Shown: in pieces, positions 35,165 through 44,987 of the stretch
Numbering within the stretch: position 1 is the first letter of the stretch
Layout of the letters: every line of letters starts with the position of its first letter
Source of the DNA: a bacterium
Lineage (GTDB): Bacteria; JAJVIF01
DNA length: 64,000 nucleotides
Direction of reading: 5' to 3'
NCBI GenBank assembly: GCA_022072165.1
Contig: JAJVIF010000002.1
Location: 176,221-240,220 of the forward strand
Position numbers and translations under genes: made by a program
Notes under the pieces: generated by a model
The model's input: only the letters and a program-made list of their open reading frames with translations
The model's database searches: none
Told to the model about the DNA's origin: nothing

Positions 35165-36025
35165 CTAGCCTCCCTGTAAATGCGCCATGCGTCGCGCAAC
35201 CCGCTCCATCCCTGCTCCCAAAAGCCAGAAGATCAGGGTCCAGCCCCCCTGCACGAGAAGCAGGGTCGCGAGGCGGTCCGGCGGCAGAGTCCCCAGATAG
35301 CACTGTGCCGGGACGTAGTAGAGATACGGAAAGGGTGTCAGAAGGCACCACTCACGATAAGTGTCCGGCAAGAGGCTCAACGGCAGCACGAGCCCCCCCA
35401 GCCCCCGCATCAGGGAGATTTTCATCACCACGACCCCGTTGTTGTTCTCAAAGAAGAGGGCGGAGAGGCCGACTATGAAATTCATGCTGAACTTCAGGAC
35501 CGCCGCGAGGGCGAGGCTGATGGCGAAGTACCCCACATGCAGCCACGAGGGGGGTGACTGCAGTCCGAAGAGGAGCACACCCATCGCGAGGAGTGGCCCG
35601 CCCAGAACCAGCCCCCGAATCGCCATTTCGCCCGCCGCTTCCCACCACATGAACGCCTGAAGCGAAATTGGGCGGAGGAACCAGACGACGATTTGGCCTT
35701 TCCGCATGTCCTCTCCCAGATGCTCATCGGAACTGTTCGCCAGGACCCCCTCGATGAGCCAGACCAGGGTGACATAGGTGAGGGTCGCTGCCAGGGTGAG
35801 TCCACCCACCGCCTCCTGGCCTGTCGGCAGGGAGGCATAGAGTGCCCGGAACAGAAAGCTGTAGACCACGATCAGGAGGGGGAACTCGAAGAACTTCAGG
35901 AAGCCGCTCAGACGATAGGCGAGCCATTTCAGGGCCCCAATACGCAACAAGCCCGCCCAGGCCAGGGGGCGGGTCGTGGGACTGGCAACGGGCCAGACAA
36001 CTGACACACCCCTGATTCTATCCAA
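35165..36025 (-). CDS. ABC-2 family transporter permease (DUF990-like), start uncertain
   Basis: 286 aa multi-TM paralogous partner of 34289..35107. The track start is TTG with no SD. GTG at 36007 is an alternative start. Confidence 0.55.
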   Translation of the reverse strand: MDRIRGVSVVWPVASPTTRPLAWAGLLRIGALKWLAYRLSGFLKFFEFPLLIVVYSFLFRALYASLPTGQEAVGGLTLAATLTYVTLVWLIEGVLANSSDEHLGEDMRKGQIVVWFLRPISLQAFMWWEAAGEMAIRGLVLGGPLLAMGVLLFGLQSPPSWLHVGYFAISLALAAVLKFSMNFIVGLSALFFENNNGVVVMKISLMRGLGGLVLPLSLLPDTYREWCLLTPFPYLYYVPAQCYLGTLPPDRLATLLLVQGGWTLIFWLLGAGMERVARRMAHLQGG

Positions 36026-36196
36026 CTCGACATTGCCAGGGGGGGTATTGCCGCGGAGGGCCAGGAGCGGCGAAACAGGCGCGAATGGCCCGCGGGATGC
36101 TGTAACGCCCCTGCCGCTTAGGTATCTTTAGCCCGATACCCGTCACTGCCGACGTCACGCTGGTAGTCCGACTCCCCGTTCGGAGGCCCTGCCGTT

Positions 36197-38803
36197 ATGA
36201 CTCACCATCCCGCCCCTGTGGCCTGGCGCACCCTCTGTTTCCTGGCCTTGCTCCTCCCCGCCTGCCAGCGTCTGGCCACCACGCCCACACCGACCGCGAC
36301 ACCACCAGTCGCCTCAGCCACGCTTCCCGGAGGGGAGGCCGCAGGCGGGGAACGTCCGCTGCAGGTCCTGCGGGTGGTGCTCCATCCTGAGAGCGGGCTG
36401 GTCGATGTGGAGCCCCTGCGTCAGGGACAGGCCGGTCTGCAGGATGTGCTGGAGACGGTCGATGTCACGCAATACTTCACCAATGCTCCTTGTACGAGCT
36501 GCCTGAAGATTGTGGGAGTCGGGACCAGTGTCGCAGGACGTCCCACCCTCGCCGTCCAGGTCCGGCATCCGTTCACGAGTCCGGCCCCCGGCACGCAGCA
36601 GCGACAGGACCTCGCGGTCTTCAATGTGGAAGCGGTGGTCCGCTTTGATGAAACAGAGCAAAGCCTCACCAGCTTTCCTGGCACCGGCGTCTCGGCGGTC
36701 ACGAGCACCCGCCTGGTGAACGCCGATGGCTATACGGGCAATCTGGATGCGGCCTACGATGAAGATTACCGCCCGACAGTCGCGACGATTCATCCCTACC
36801 GGCTCTTTTTCCGCGACTACTCCCGGGGGACATTTGATGCGGCGAGTCCCCAGGGGTTTCCAGACTACAGCGACATCCGGGGCTTCCTGGCGATGGGCCA
36901 GGGCCAGGGTCCGGATGAACAGCTGTTCGAGTTTCAGGTCCCCGCTGGCGGCGGTCCCATCCGCTTTGATCTGGTGCTGCAGGCGAGCTTCGGTGTGGCC
37001 TCGGCCAATGTTGGTGAACGGGCCGCACCGGAGTATCGCCTTCCGCAGTACAACAAAAAGGCGGCGAGCGAAGTCCGGGTCGGGCTGTCGGATATCGTGC
37101 CGGGGAATCTGAGTGGACGCGGCCTGCTATCGGGGATCGGGACCAGCGGGGCGCAGGTCCGGCTGTCGGTCCTCGACATCACCGATGCCTCGACCGGGGT
37201 CACTGTCGGGCCAGACCTGGACCAGCTCCGGGCGGTCTCGGATGTCGCGCAACTGCGGATTGAGATTCCGGGCGTCCTCAACAGCGCGATCACTATCAAC
37301 AATCCGGCGTCGGTCTTCGAGGGGGGCACGGGCGATGATCCGGTGCAGCCGCTGACCTACGGTGTCGGGATCACTAACCAGGCTGCCGCAACCCAGGGGA
37401 CCTACTTTGGGGTGGTCCGGGTCGGCGATTCCTACCCGGTTGGAGGGAACACGGTCCTGCCGCAGGATGCCCATCGCAAAGGGGTCGTGCCGGGCTTCAC
37501 CGATCCCTTCCCCCTGGCTGAAGTAGCGACCTATCAGGTCTTTGAGGTTCCGGTCAAGGCCAACACCATTACGCGCTTTGAGGATGCGTCGGCGGGCGAC
37601 GCCCTGGGCACGAGTCTGGCCTATGGCGACTTCAACGGCGATGGACTGCTGGATCTTGCCGTGGGGGCTTTCGAGGCGGATCCAGGGGGTGTCAGCAATG
37701 GCGGGCAGGTCCGGGTCTACTACCAGCTCCCCAACGGCTTTTTGCCCGTCCCGGTGGTGCTGCAGGAAGCGACGCCGGTGCTGAACAACCGCCTCGGATT
37801 CTGCGTCGCTGCCGGGGATGTCACGGGTGACGGCAAAGATGATCTCCTCGCGAGCGCCATCAACGGCAACATCCCGGGACGAGTCGCGGTCTTCCGGTCA
37901 CAGGGGATCGGCTTCCTGCCGCCCCTGACAGTCCAGGATCTCTCCCTGCCGGTCAACAGTCGCTTCGGCTGGACAATCACCCTGGCGGACATCAATGGCG
38001 ATGGACGTCAGGATGCCTACATCGGCGCGCCGGAAGCCCTGGGGAGCTTTTTGCGGGAGGGGCTGGTCTATCGCTACCTGGGAGGTCCCGGCGGGATTTC
38101 CACGCCGCAGACTCTTTCAACTCCGGATCCGCAGCTGGATGCGTACTTTGGCTCCAGCATCGCGGTCCTCAGGGAGCCCTCCGGGACCCCCTCACATCTC
38201 GCCATCGGAATGCCGGGATACAACAGTGCCACCGGACGGGTCTATGTTTATCCCATTAACGCTGGCGGGACGCTTGGGACGGCGGTGGTGGTGAATCCGA
38301 CCAGCGGTGGTCCGAACGACGCCTACGGTTACAGCCTCGCGACGGCCGACTTTACGCAGGATGGCCGGATGGACCTCGTGGTCGGTGCACCAGGATCGGC
38401 GAGCACCATGACAGGACGGGTCGATCTGGAAGTGCACCTGCCAGGCGGGAGCTTTGTCCGGGGGGCGACGCTCACCGCGACTGGCGCGGACACCTTCACC
38501 TTCGGCTCGTCGCTCGCCATCGGCGACTTCGACTTCGATGCTCGCATGGACATAGCGGCGGGCGGAATCATGCTCGAAGCGAGCGGGGTCCCGGCTTCCG
38601 GTCGAGTCGCGGTCTTCCCCGGGGGACGGAGCCTCGGCGGGAATGCCCTGGAGTTCCACGCCCCGATTGTCTCCACCGATCAGCTCTTCGCCCGATCGCT
38701 GCTGGGCTTCCCACAACCGGGGAAGGCGGACCTGCTGCTCGTGGGAGCCCCCGGCGATGATCCGGGAGGGGCGACCAACGCCGGCAGTGTGTATCTGTAT
38801 TAG
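36197..38803 (+). CDS. lipoprotein: same unassigned N-module fused to FG-GAP/VCBS repeats
   Basis: ATG 36197 with GGAGG 10 nt upstream. Lipobox LLLPA|C. N-module blocks VRHPFTSP..QDLAVFNVEAVV, NADGYTG, IHPYRLFFRD, LVLQASFG, PEYRLPQYN, SDVAQLRIEIPGV and GTYFGVVRVGD. C-terminal FG-GAP repeats YGDFNGDGLLDLAVGA, AGDVTGDGKDDLLASA, LADINGDGRQDAYIGAP, TADFTQDGRMDLVVGAP and IGDFDFDARMDIAAGG. Confidence 0.88.
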   Translation: MTHHPAPVAWRTLCFLALLLPACQRLATTPTPTATPPVASATLPGGEAAGGERPLQVLRVVLHPESGLVDVEPLRQGQAGLQDVLETVDVTQYFTNAPCTSCLKIVGVGTSVAGRPTLAVQVRHPFTSPAPGTQQRQDLAVFNVEAVVRFDETEQSLTSFPGTGVSAVTSTRLVNADGYTGNLDAAYDEDYRPTVATIHPYRLFFRDYSRGTFDAASPQGFPDYSDIRGFLAMGQGQGPDEQLFEFQVPAGGGPIRFDLVLQASFGVASANVGERAAPEYRLPQYNKKAASEVRVGLSDIVPGNLSGRGLLSGIGTSGAQVRLSVLDITDASTGVTVGPDLDQLRAVSDVAQLRIEIPGVLNSAITINNPASVFEGGTGDDPVQPLTYGVGITNQAAATQGTYFGVVRVGDSYPVGGNTVLPQDAHRKGVVPGFTDPFPLAEVATYQVFEVPVKANTITRFEDASAGDALGTSLAYGDFNGDGLLDLAVGAFEADPGGVSNGGQVRVYYQLPNGFLPVPVVLQEATPVLNNRLGFCVAAGDVTGDGKDDLLASAINGNIPGRVAVFRSQGIGFLPPLTVQDLSLPVNSRFGWTITLADINGDGRQDAYIGAPEALGSFLREGLVYRYLGGPGGISTPQTLSTPDPQLDAYFGSSIAVLREPSGTPSHLAIGMPGYNSATGRVYVYPINAGGTLGTAVVVNPTSGGPNDAYGYSLATADFTQDGRMDLVVGAPGSASTMTGRVDLEVHLPGGSFVRGATLTATGADTFTFGSSLAIGDFDFDARMDIAAGGIMLEASGVPASGRVAVFPGGRSLGGNALEFHAPIVSTDQLFARSLLGFPQPGKADLLLVGAPGDDPGGATNAGSVYLY

Positions 38804-38901
38804 AAGTCACGGGTTTGTCATCGAAGGGGGGCGAGGCTTGTGATACTTTTCACAAGCGTCCGGGCCACCAGGCCCCCACTCTCGCTGGTCAGGAGCCAGA
38901 C

Positions 38902-40065
38902 ATGCTGAACTTCACCCTCGGCGATGAACACCAGATGATTGTGGAGATGGTGCGCGGCTTTGCCGAGGAGGTCCTGGGACCCGGCGCGGAGCATCGTGAT
39001 CGCCACAAGGAGTACCCCACAGCAGAACTGGCACAGGCGGCGGATCTCGGACTCCTGGGAGCCACGATCCCCGAAGAGTGGGGCGGCGCGGGGATGGATG
39101 CGATTTCCTATCTCCTGATCAATCGCGAGATCTCCCGCCGGGATGCCGCCTTCTGCACCATCATGGGGGGCAACGTGTCGCTCTTCTGCGAGGGGCTGCG
39201 GCTCTTCGGGACCGACGCGCAAAAGGAAGAGTGGCTGAAGCCCTGTGCCTCCGGCCAGATGATCGGCGCGTTCGCGACCACTGAGCCGCACATGGGGTCC
39301 GACCTCGCGGGCATGAAGGCGACCTATCGGCCATCCGACAAGGGCTGGGTCCTCAATGGCCAGAAGGCGTACATCACCAACGCGAAACATGGCAAGGTCA
39401 TGCTGGTCTTCGCCTCGAAAGACCTGAGCCTGCGGCATAAGGGGCTCTCCTGCTTCATCGTCCCCACCGATGCCCCCGGGGTGGAAGTCTCGGAGCCCTA
39501 CGACAAAATGGGTATCCGCTCCTCCGATACCTGCGATGTCTATCTGACAGACTGTGAAGTCCCCGCGGCTGCGCTGCTCGGCGGTACGGAAGGGGAAGGC
39601 TTTAAGCAGGCGATTGCAATTCTGTCGGGGGGGCGGGGCGCGATCGCCGGCCAGGCCTGGGGGATCGCGCAGGCCGCGTTTGAGGCAGCGGTGCAGTACG
39701 CCCAGGAGCGCGAGACCTTCGGTCAGCCGATCTATAAGCACCAGACCATCGCGAACTACCTTGCGGACATGCAGGTCGAGCTGACCAACACTGAACTCAT
39801 CTCCCTGCGGGCTGCCTGGCTTAAGGCGAACGGCCAGGACTACTACCAGGCTGCGAGCATGGCGAAACTCTACGCGTCCGAAGCCGCCTGCCGGATCTGC
39901 GATCTGGCGCTGCAGATTCATGGGGGCTATGGCTACGTCAAGGAATACCCGGTGGAGCGGTACTACCGCGATGCCCGGGTCATCCGGGTGTATGAGGGGA
40001 CCAGCGAGATTCAGCGGTCCATCATCGCCGGCGAAGTAATCAAGCAGCACCCCATCGGCGGGTAG
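38902..40065 (+). CDS. acyl-CoA dehydrogenase
   Basis: Trimmed to ATG 38902 (AGGAG upstream). Short/medium-chain ACAD-like sequence throughout (TEPHMGSDLAGMK, GGYGYVKEYPVERYYRDARVIRVYEGTSEIQR). Confidence 0.92.
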   Translation: MLNFTLGDEHQMIVEMVRGFAEEVLGPGAEHRDRHKEYPTAELAQAADLGLLGATIPEEWGGAGMDAISYLLINREISRRDAAFCTIMGGNVSLFCEGLRLFGTDAQKEEWLKPCASGQMIGAFATTEPHMGSDLAGMKATYRPSDKGWVLNGQKAYITNAKHGKVMLVFASKDLSLRHKGLSCFIVPTDAPGVEVSEPYDKMGIRSSDTCDVYLTDCEVPAAALLGGTEGEGFKQAIAILSGGRGAIAGQAWGIAQAAFEAAVQYAQERETFGQPIYKHQTIANYLADMQVELTNTELISLRAAWLKANGQDYYQAASMAKLYASEAACRICDLALQIHGGYGYVKEYPVERYYRDARVIRVYEGTSEIQRSIIAGEVIKQHPIGG

Positions 40066-40093
40066 TCAGGCACGCGCAAAGGCGACATCACCC

Positions 40094-40363
40094 ATGACCC
40101 TCCACCTGGACGAGCATCATCGGGCGCTCAATGCACTGCTGACCCTCCTGCGGGAGCGGGGGGGCTTTGCGCTGGCGGGGCAATTCATGCAGTTGCACCC
40201 GAAGAGCGACTGGGCCGGGATGCGGCAACTCGCAGCGGAAACTGAAGCAAGTCATCCCGATGTCGATGTCTGCGATGCAGCTGAACGACTGAAAGTGGCC
40301 CTGGATGACGGCCCGCTTCAGGACGGCTGGGTGGCACCAGAGAGTAGAGATGGCTCCGGGTGA
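40094..40363 (+). CDS. hypothetical protein
   Basis: 89 aa, ATG start, no recognised family. Its 3' end overlaps the convergent hydrolase gene. Confidence 0.35.
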   Translation: MTLHLDEHHRALNALLTLLRERGGFALAGQFMQLHPKSDWAGMRQLAAETEASHPDVDVCDAAERLKVALDDGPLQDGWVAPESRDGSG

Positions 40364-41175
40364 TAGGTCACCTGCTGTAGATCTCCAGTCAGAGCTATCT
40401 TGAGGGCTAACTGACGTTCTCGTCCCAGAAGAGTGTCATCCATTTGAATAAGTGTCAGATGTTGCGTCTGGGGGACCTCCCAGCAGCGTCCTTTGGGATG
40501 GCCCCGAAAGTCCGACACCATCCAGGGCGCGATGAATTCATCATCGGCACCATTTATCTGGATCATCCAGGGGAGCTGGTCGCACTGGGTCGAGTCCTGC
40601 CACCGAAGCTGCCATCGCTGACGCAGCTTCCGGGCAAAGGGGCGGTGGTACTGACAGGATCGGACGGTCGCAGCGATGCCGGCTTGTGCCATCCCCAGCA
40701 TGAGCTGGCGCGTGAGGAAGCGTAAGAAAGGTGCCATCCGCGGGGGAGTCGGCCAGAGGGACCAGCCGAAGTTTGTCCCTGCCAGCGACACAATCCGGGT
40801 GAGCCCAGGGGGCCGGCCTTCCCAGAGCTCAGCCACGCGCAGGGCGAGACACCCACCGAGGCTGTACCCGATCACCAGCAGTTCGTCGTACGGCTGGCCG
40901 GTCGCAGCGCGATCATTCGTGGCGTGCTGGAGCAGGCTCCGGATGTCCTGCGCTATGCGCTCGGCGTGGGGACGTGCAAAGAAGCCGGAAAGGTAATGCG
41001 GTGCGAGCTGGTCGGCATCCGGAAGAATCCAGCCCACGGCTTCCCGGACCTGTAGCAGCAGGTCGGGAAGCCCCCAGGCTCCATGCAGCAACAGCACGAG
41101 CTGTCGGGATGCCCCCTGGGGCTGGAGAGAAGTCCGGCTCAGGTAACGAAAATCCGTATCGGACCATGGAGTCAT
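40318..41175 (-). CDS. alpha/beta hydrolase fold protein
   Basis: 285 aa. Nucleophile elbow GYSLGG and an LLLHGAWG-type oxyanion region. ATGA start/stop overlap with the upstream L,D-transpeptidase gene. Confidence 0.7.
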   Translation of the reverse strand: MTPWSDTDFRYLSRTSLQPQGASRQLVLLLHGAWGLPDLLLQVREAVGWILPDADQLAPHYLSGFFARPHAERIAQDIRSLLQHATNDRAATGQPYDELLVIGYSLGGCLALRVAELWEGRPPGLTRIVSLAGTNFGWSLWPTPPRMAPFLRFLTRQLMLGMAQAGIAATVRSCQYHRPFARKLRQRWQLRWQDSTQCDQLPWMIQINGADDEFIAPWMVSDFRGHPKGRCWEVPQTQHLTLIQMDDTLLGRERQLALKIALTGDLQQVTYHPEPSLLSGATQPS

Positions 41176-41867
41176 GGCTTCGGCGCAGGGAGCCGAAGCG
41201 GGTATTGCTTCAGGTCATCGCGAATGCTCTCCCATAACTCGAGGGTCCAGTCCGGCAAATGCGCCGGCACGTCATGCACGACCCGGGTCCGGAAGTCCAT
41301 CGGCGCGATGAGCACATCGATGTTGGCGAGCCCGGTGTCGGCCGCCAGGACGAAGAGTTCCTCAATCGCCGGGTCCCCCATCGCCAGGCAGCCAATGGAA
41401 ACAGCGTTGCCGTGGATCATGATGTCGCCACCGAGGTTGGTCCGGCCTTCCTTACGGGCACGGGCCTTGTCCGCAGGGCTGGGATAGTTCACGCGCAGGG
41501 AAAGGTGAAAGCGGGAATTCGGATTCAGTAACTCAATGCGATAGCGCCCCTCAGGGACCTGCAGGTCGCCCTCCCGGAGCTTGGGTCCCGGTCCACCGGA
41601 AGCCGCCAGGATCGGGTACTCCCGGACATAGACCCACGGATCCGCCCCCTTTTGACGGGCATACAGCTGCAGGACCTTTTCCTCTTTGAGCGCGACCAAT
41701 GCCAGTTTGCCTGATGGGTACGGCACATCAGCCTTCAGAAAGTGGGGCTGCAGTCGGGTACGGGCGGCAGGGCCGTGCTCCTGCAGGCGATCCGCGATGC
41801 TGGCAGCGTGTACAGGTGTCACCATGAGGAGTCCGAGACAGAGGAGGGGGACGCCAGAGAATTGCAT
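41172..41867 (-). CDS. L,D-transpeptidase (YkuD) domain protein, secreted
   Basis: Track ORF (374 aa, Pro/Arg-rich leader) trimmed to ATG 41867. Signal peptide MQFSGVPLLCLGLLMVTPVHA. Catalytic motif IHGNAVSIGCLAM (H..S.GC). Confidence 0.75.
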   Translation of the reverse strand: MQFSGVPLLCLGLLMVTPVHAASIADRLQEHGPAARTRLQPHFLKADVPYPSGKLALVALKEEKVLQLYARQKGADPWVYVREYPILAASGGPGPKLREGDLQVPEGRYRIELLNPNSRFHLSLRVNYPSPADKARARKEGRTNLGGDIMIHGNAVSIGCLAMGDPAIEELFVLAADTGLANIDVLIAPMDFRTRVVHDVPAHLPDWTLELWESIRDDLKQYPLRLPAPKP

Positions 41868-41911
41868 GGTGCTTCCGACATCCTCTCGACTGAAATGGTT
41901 CGCACGAATCG

Positions 41912-42817
41912 ATGGTACCCCGTGCGGCACAATACCGCCCAGTGATTGTCCCGCCACCACCCTATCTGGCTGAAGCGCGCGCCTGGTATGACCAGACCTA
42001 TCTCCCGTGGGTGACCGGGAGTATCGGCGGAGTGACACCTGCGGGGGGCGCCGACTCCCTCCTGGGGCCGGGGCGGAGTCCAGACCCGGTGTCGGCAAAG
42101 GAGGTCGCGTCGGCGGGACTGCTGACCTGGCTGGACCCCTCGCAATGGATCGCACCCTGGGACCTGCTGGAGCATCTGGATGACCTGTGGGACAACTGTG
42201 TCGGGATGGGTTGCGGCTGCCTGGTAGTGCTCCTCCTGCTTCCCTGCCTTCTCCCCTGGGCGCTGCTGGTCTTGATCGCGGTGGCGTTTGGGGCAAGACC
42301 GCTGCAACGTCCCCGCAGCGCCACCACTTCGGTAACGAGCGGACCGGCCACGCCGGACCCTTTACCGGGCTGGCTGGCCGAACGGGGACTGATCAATCCC
42401 GCCACGCCTCTTCCACCGTGGTGGGGTGCGGTCTGTCAGGATGCCGGACGGCACGGCGTACAACCGGCGAGCTGGCAGCCGGTCCTCGCCCATCACATGA
42501 TCGATGCCGAGAGTGGCGCGGAGTGGTATCAGACGCTGTTGCGTCGGGAAGAAGGCAACGGAGTCGTACAGCTCTGGAGTCTCTGCGTCTGGCCAGCCGC
42601 CACGGAACAGGCGTCGGAGTCACCGGAGCGGCTGACACGATTGCTGCTACAGATGACGTTTTTGCCCGACGGTGTCGCCTATGGAGTGCTGCCCCACGCG
42701 CCGCTCAGGATCCCCCTGAGTGCCGCCCCAGTGAGTTGGTCGGAGCTGGAGGAGTACCTACGATTACGCGCTGAGATCGCCGGGACGTTCCGCCGGTTGA
42801 AGCAGGACCCAGGCTAG
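41912..42817 (+). CDS. hypothetical membrane protein
   Basis: 301 aa, ATG start. Central Cys-rich TM region (GCGCLVVLLLLPCLLPWALLVLIAVAF). No family recognised. Confidence 0.45.
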   Translation: MVPRAAQYRPVIVPPPPYLAEARAWYDQTYLPWVTGSIGGVTPAGGADSLLGPGRSPDPVSAKEVASAGLLTWLDPSQWIAPWDLLEHLDDLWDNCVGMGCGCLVVLLLLPCLLPWALLVLIAVAFGARPLQRPRSATTSVTSGPATPDPLPGWLAERGLINPATPLPPWWGAVCQDAGRHGVQPASWQPVLAHHMIDAESGAEWYQTLLRREEGNGVVQLWSLCVWPAATEQASESPERLTRLLLQMTFLPDGVAYGVLPHAPLRIPLSAAPVSWSELEEYLRLRAEIAGTFRRLKQDPG

Positions 42818-43938
42818 CGCTTGTTCCACTGCTTTACGAAGGGGGTCTCGACCAGGGTGGCATCCACCATGTCAGTCCCGGCTTCCACCTGCAGGGTCGA
42901 GCCGACCACCGCGTTTGCAACCGGGACATACGCCAGGGCGATGTTGCGCTCCAGCGATGGCGAAAAGGAACCGCTGGTGACGTAGCCAATTTCGGCACCG
43001 TCGGCGAAGACCCGGGCATTGTCCCGGACCGGCCGCTTCCCTTCGGGAAAGAGTCCCACCAGCTTACGGGTCAGTCCGGCCGCTTTGAAGGCGGTCAGGC
43101 TGTCCGAGCCCATGAACTCCCCCTTGTTGAGCTTCGTCACCCAGCCGAGATTCGCCTCGAAGGGGTTGGTTTCGTCGGTGATTTCGTGCCCATAGAGGGA
43201 ATAGCAGAGTTCGAGGCGCAGGGTGTTGCGGGCCCCCAGCCCGGCAGGCACCAGCTGGCCATTGCCCACCTCCAGGAGCCGATGCCAGTACTCCAGCGCC
43301 AGCCCATTGGGGACATAGAGCTCAAAGCCATCTTCCCCGGTGTAGCCGGTGCGGGAGAGGAGCAGATGCCCGGCATCGCTGTGTCCTGGAATCCGCTCGG
43401 AGGCGTGGCAGTAGTACTTCAGACCCCGGGCCTCTTCCGCATTGGGATAGACCCTGCAGACAATCTCTTCGGCCAGCGGCCCCTGAATCGCCAGCAGCGA
43501 CATGTCATCGGACGCATCGGTCATCAGCTCCGGCTGCCGCATATGCTCCTGGAACCACGCGACATCCTTGGCGATGTTTGCGGCGTTTACCACCATGAGG
43601 TAGCTCTCTTCGCCGAGGCGGTAGAGGACGATGTCATCGACGATCCCGCCATCGGGGCGCGGGATGAACGAATACTGTGCGTCGCCGACCCCGAGCTTTG
43701 TCACGGCATTGGCGGTGAGACGCTCCAGTTCGCCGATGACCCCTGGTCCACGGAAGTAGAGTTCGCCCATGTGGGAGAGATCAAACAGCCCCGCCGTGGT
43801 ACGGACCGCCATGTGCTCCGCGATGGTGGAGGAGTACCAGACCGGCATTTCGAAGCCGCCGAATTCGATCAGGCGCGCACCGAGTTCCTTGTGGGCATCG
43901 TAGAGTGCGGTTCGCTTGAGGGTGGCAGCGCCAGTCAT
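42814..43938 (-). CDS. gcvT: glycine cleavage system aminomethyltransferase T
   Basis: 374 aa. Typical GcvT sequence (RTALYDAHKELGARLIEFGGFEMPVWY, GLFDLSHMGE, SRTGYTGEDGFEL, ARNTLRLE). Confidence 0.93.
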   Translation of the reverse strand: MTGAATLKRTALYDAHKELGARLIEFGGFEMPVWYSSTIAEHMAVRTTAGLFDLSHMGELYFRGPGVIGELERLTANAVTKLGVGDAQYSFIPRPDGGIVDDIVLYRLGEESYLMVVNAANIAKDVAWFQEHMRQPELMTDASDDMSLLAIQGPLAEEIVCRVYPNAEEARGLKYYCHASERIPGHSDAGHLLLSRTGYTGEDGFELYVPNGLALEYWHRLLEVGNGQLVPAGLGARNTLRLELCYSLYGHEITDETNPFEANLGWVTKLNKGEFMGSDSLTAFKAAGLTRKLVGLFPEGKRPVRDNARVFADGAEIGYVTSGSFSPSLERNIALAYVPVANAVVGSTLQVEAGTDMVDATLVETPFVKQWNKR

Positions 43939-44030
43939 GGGTCGGGTCCTTTAAGGTCAGGGTTCAGGTGCCCCCGGATTGTAGCGAAGGGGTCGGCCGG
44001 CGATGAGACCAAGTATGCTCTCTGGCCGAG

Positions 44031-44987
44031 ATGCCTGAGACGGCACCGGTCTGGCCCCCCCTGGGGGTCGCGCTCCTCACCAGCCTGCTGGCCTTCGGCT
44101 TCGGGCTCGTTCCCTTTATCCTGCCACGCCCGGATCGCTATGCCCACTGGCTGGTCGGGTTTGCCTGTGGGGCAGTGCTGGGACTCAGCATCTGGCATCT
44201 GTTGCCCCATGCAGTGGAGGGCTTTCATGGCGAACCCCTCGCCATCTGGGAAGTCAGCGCTTTTGCCCTCGTCGGGGCCGGCCTCCTCTACTTCATCGAG
44301 CATGTCCTGCTGCCGCATCAGCACCATGTCCATCAGATTCCTGCACATGATGGGCACGGGATCCACCACATCGCGAGCGGGCACGAGGTGACCCACGACC
44401 ACTCGCACTGTGCGCCCGATGCCCCCCAGGAAGCGCTCGAAGAGGGAGACCTCTGCCAGGTCTGCGACATCGGCTTTTACTCGGTGGCGAGCTTCATCGG
44501 GCTGTCGATGCACAGCTTCGTCGATGGTCTCTACATCGCCCTCTTCTCCGCTTTCTCGACCAGCTTTTTGCCCTATCTCGGGATCCTGCTGCACAAGCTC
44601 GGTGAGGCCTTTGTCCTCACGACCATTTTCCATCTGGCCGGGTACCAGCGTCGACGAACCACCGTGATCCTCGCGGTCTTCCTCTGCATGACCCCCCTGG
44701 GGACTCTCCTTGGATCGGAAGCGATTCACAATCTCACATCGCAGATGGGCTATCTCTCAGCTCTGGCGGCGGGGGGCTTTCTCTACATCGCCGGGCATGG
44801 CCTCCTTCCCGCGCTCTGGAGTCAGCCCCGACATCGTCTGCCGAGCGCGATTGCGGTGCTGCTGGGCATTGGCTTTATCTATGTCGCACAAACGATGGCG
44901 GAACCCGGCGGACATGCCCATCATCAGCATGGCGCGCCGGCTGTCCAGAGCGCGCAAGATGACCACGACCATGACCACGCGCACTAG
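44031..44987 (+). CDS. ZIP family metal cation transporter
   Basis: 318 aa multi-TM protein. Central His-rich loop (HQHHVHQIPAHDGHGIHH). ZIP motif HSFVDGL. His-rich C-terminus. Confidence 0.8.
   Translation: MPETAPVWPPLGVALLTSLLAFGFGLVPFILPRPDRYAHWLVGFACGAVLGLSIWHLLPHAVEGFHGEPLAIWEVSAFALVGAGLLYFIEHVLLPHQHHVHQIPAHDGHGIHHIASGHEVTHDHSHCAPDAPQEALEEGDLCQVCDIGFYSVASFIGLSMHSFVDGLYIALFSAFSTSFLPYLGILLHKLGEAFVLTTIFHLAGYQRRRTTVILAVFLCMTPLGTLLGSEAIHNLTSQMGYLSALAAGGFLYIAGHGLLPALWSQPRHRLPSAIAVLLGIGFIYVAQTMAEPGGHAHHQHGAPAVQSAQDDHDHDHAH

Noticed and set aside
38818-40050. Minus-strand ORF of 410 aa
   Set aside because: It is antisense to the acyl-CoA dehydrogenase gene.
43939-44030. Looked for a glycine riboswitch upstream of gcvT
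   Set aside because: Only 92 nt are available, and neither strand shows the GGAGAG...CACCGAAGGGGCAA-type core. No riboswitch is called.
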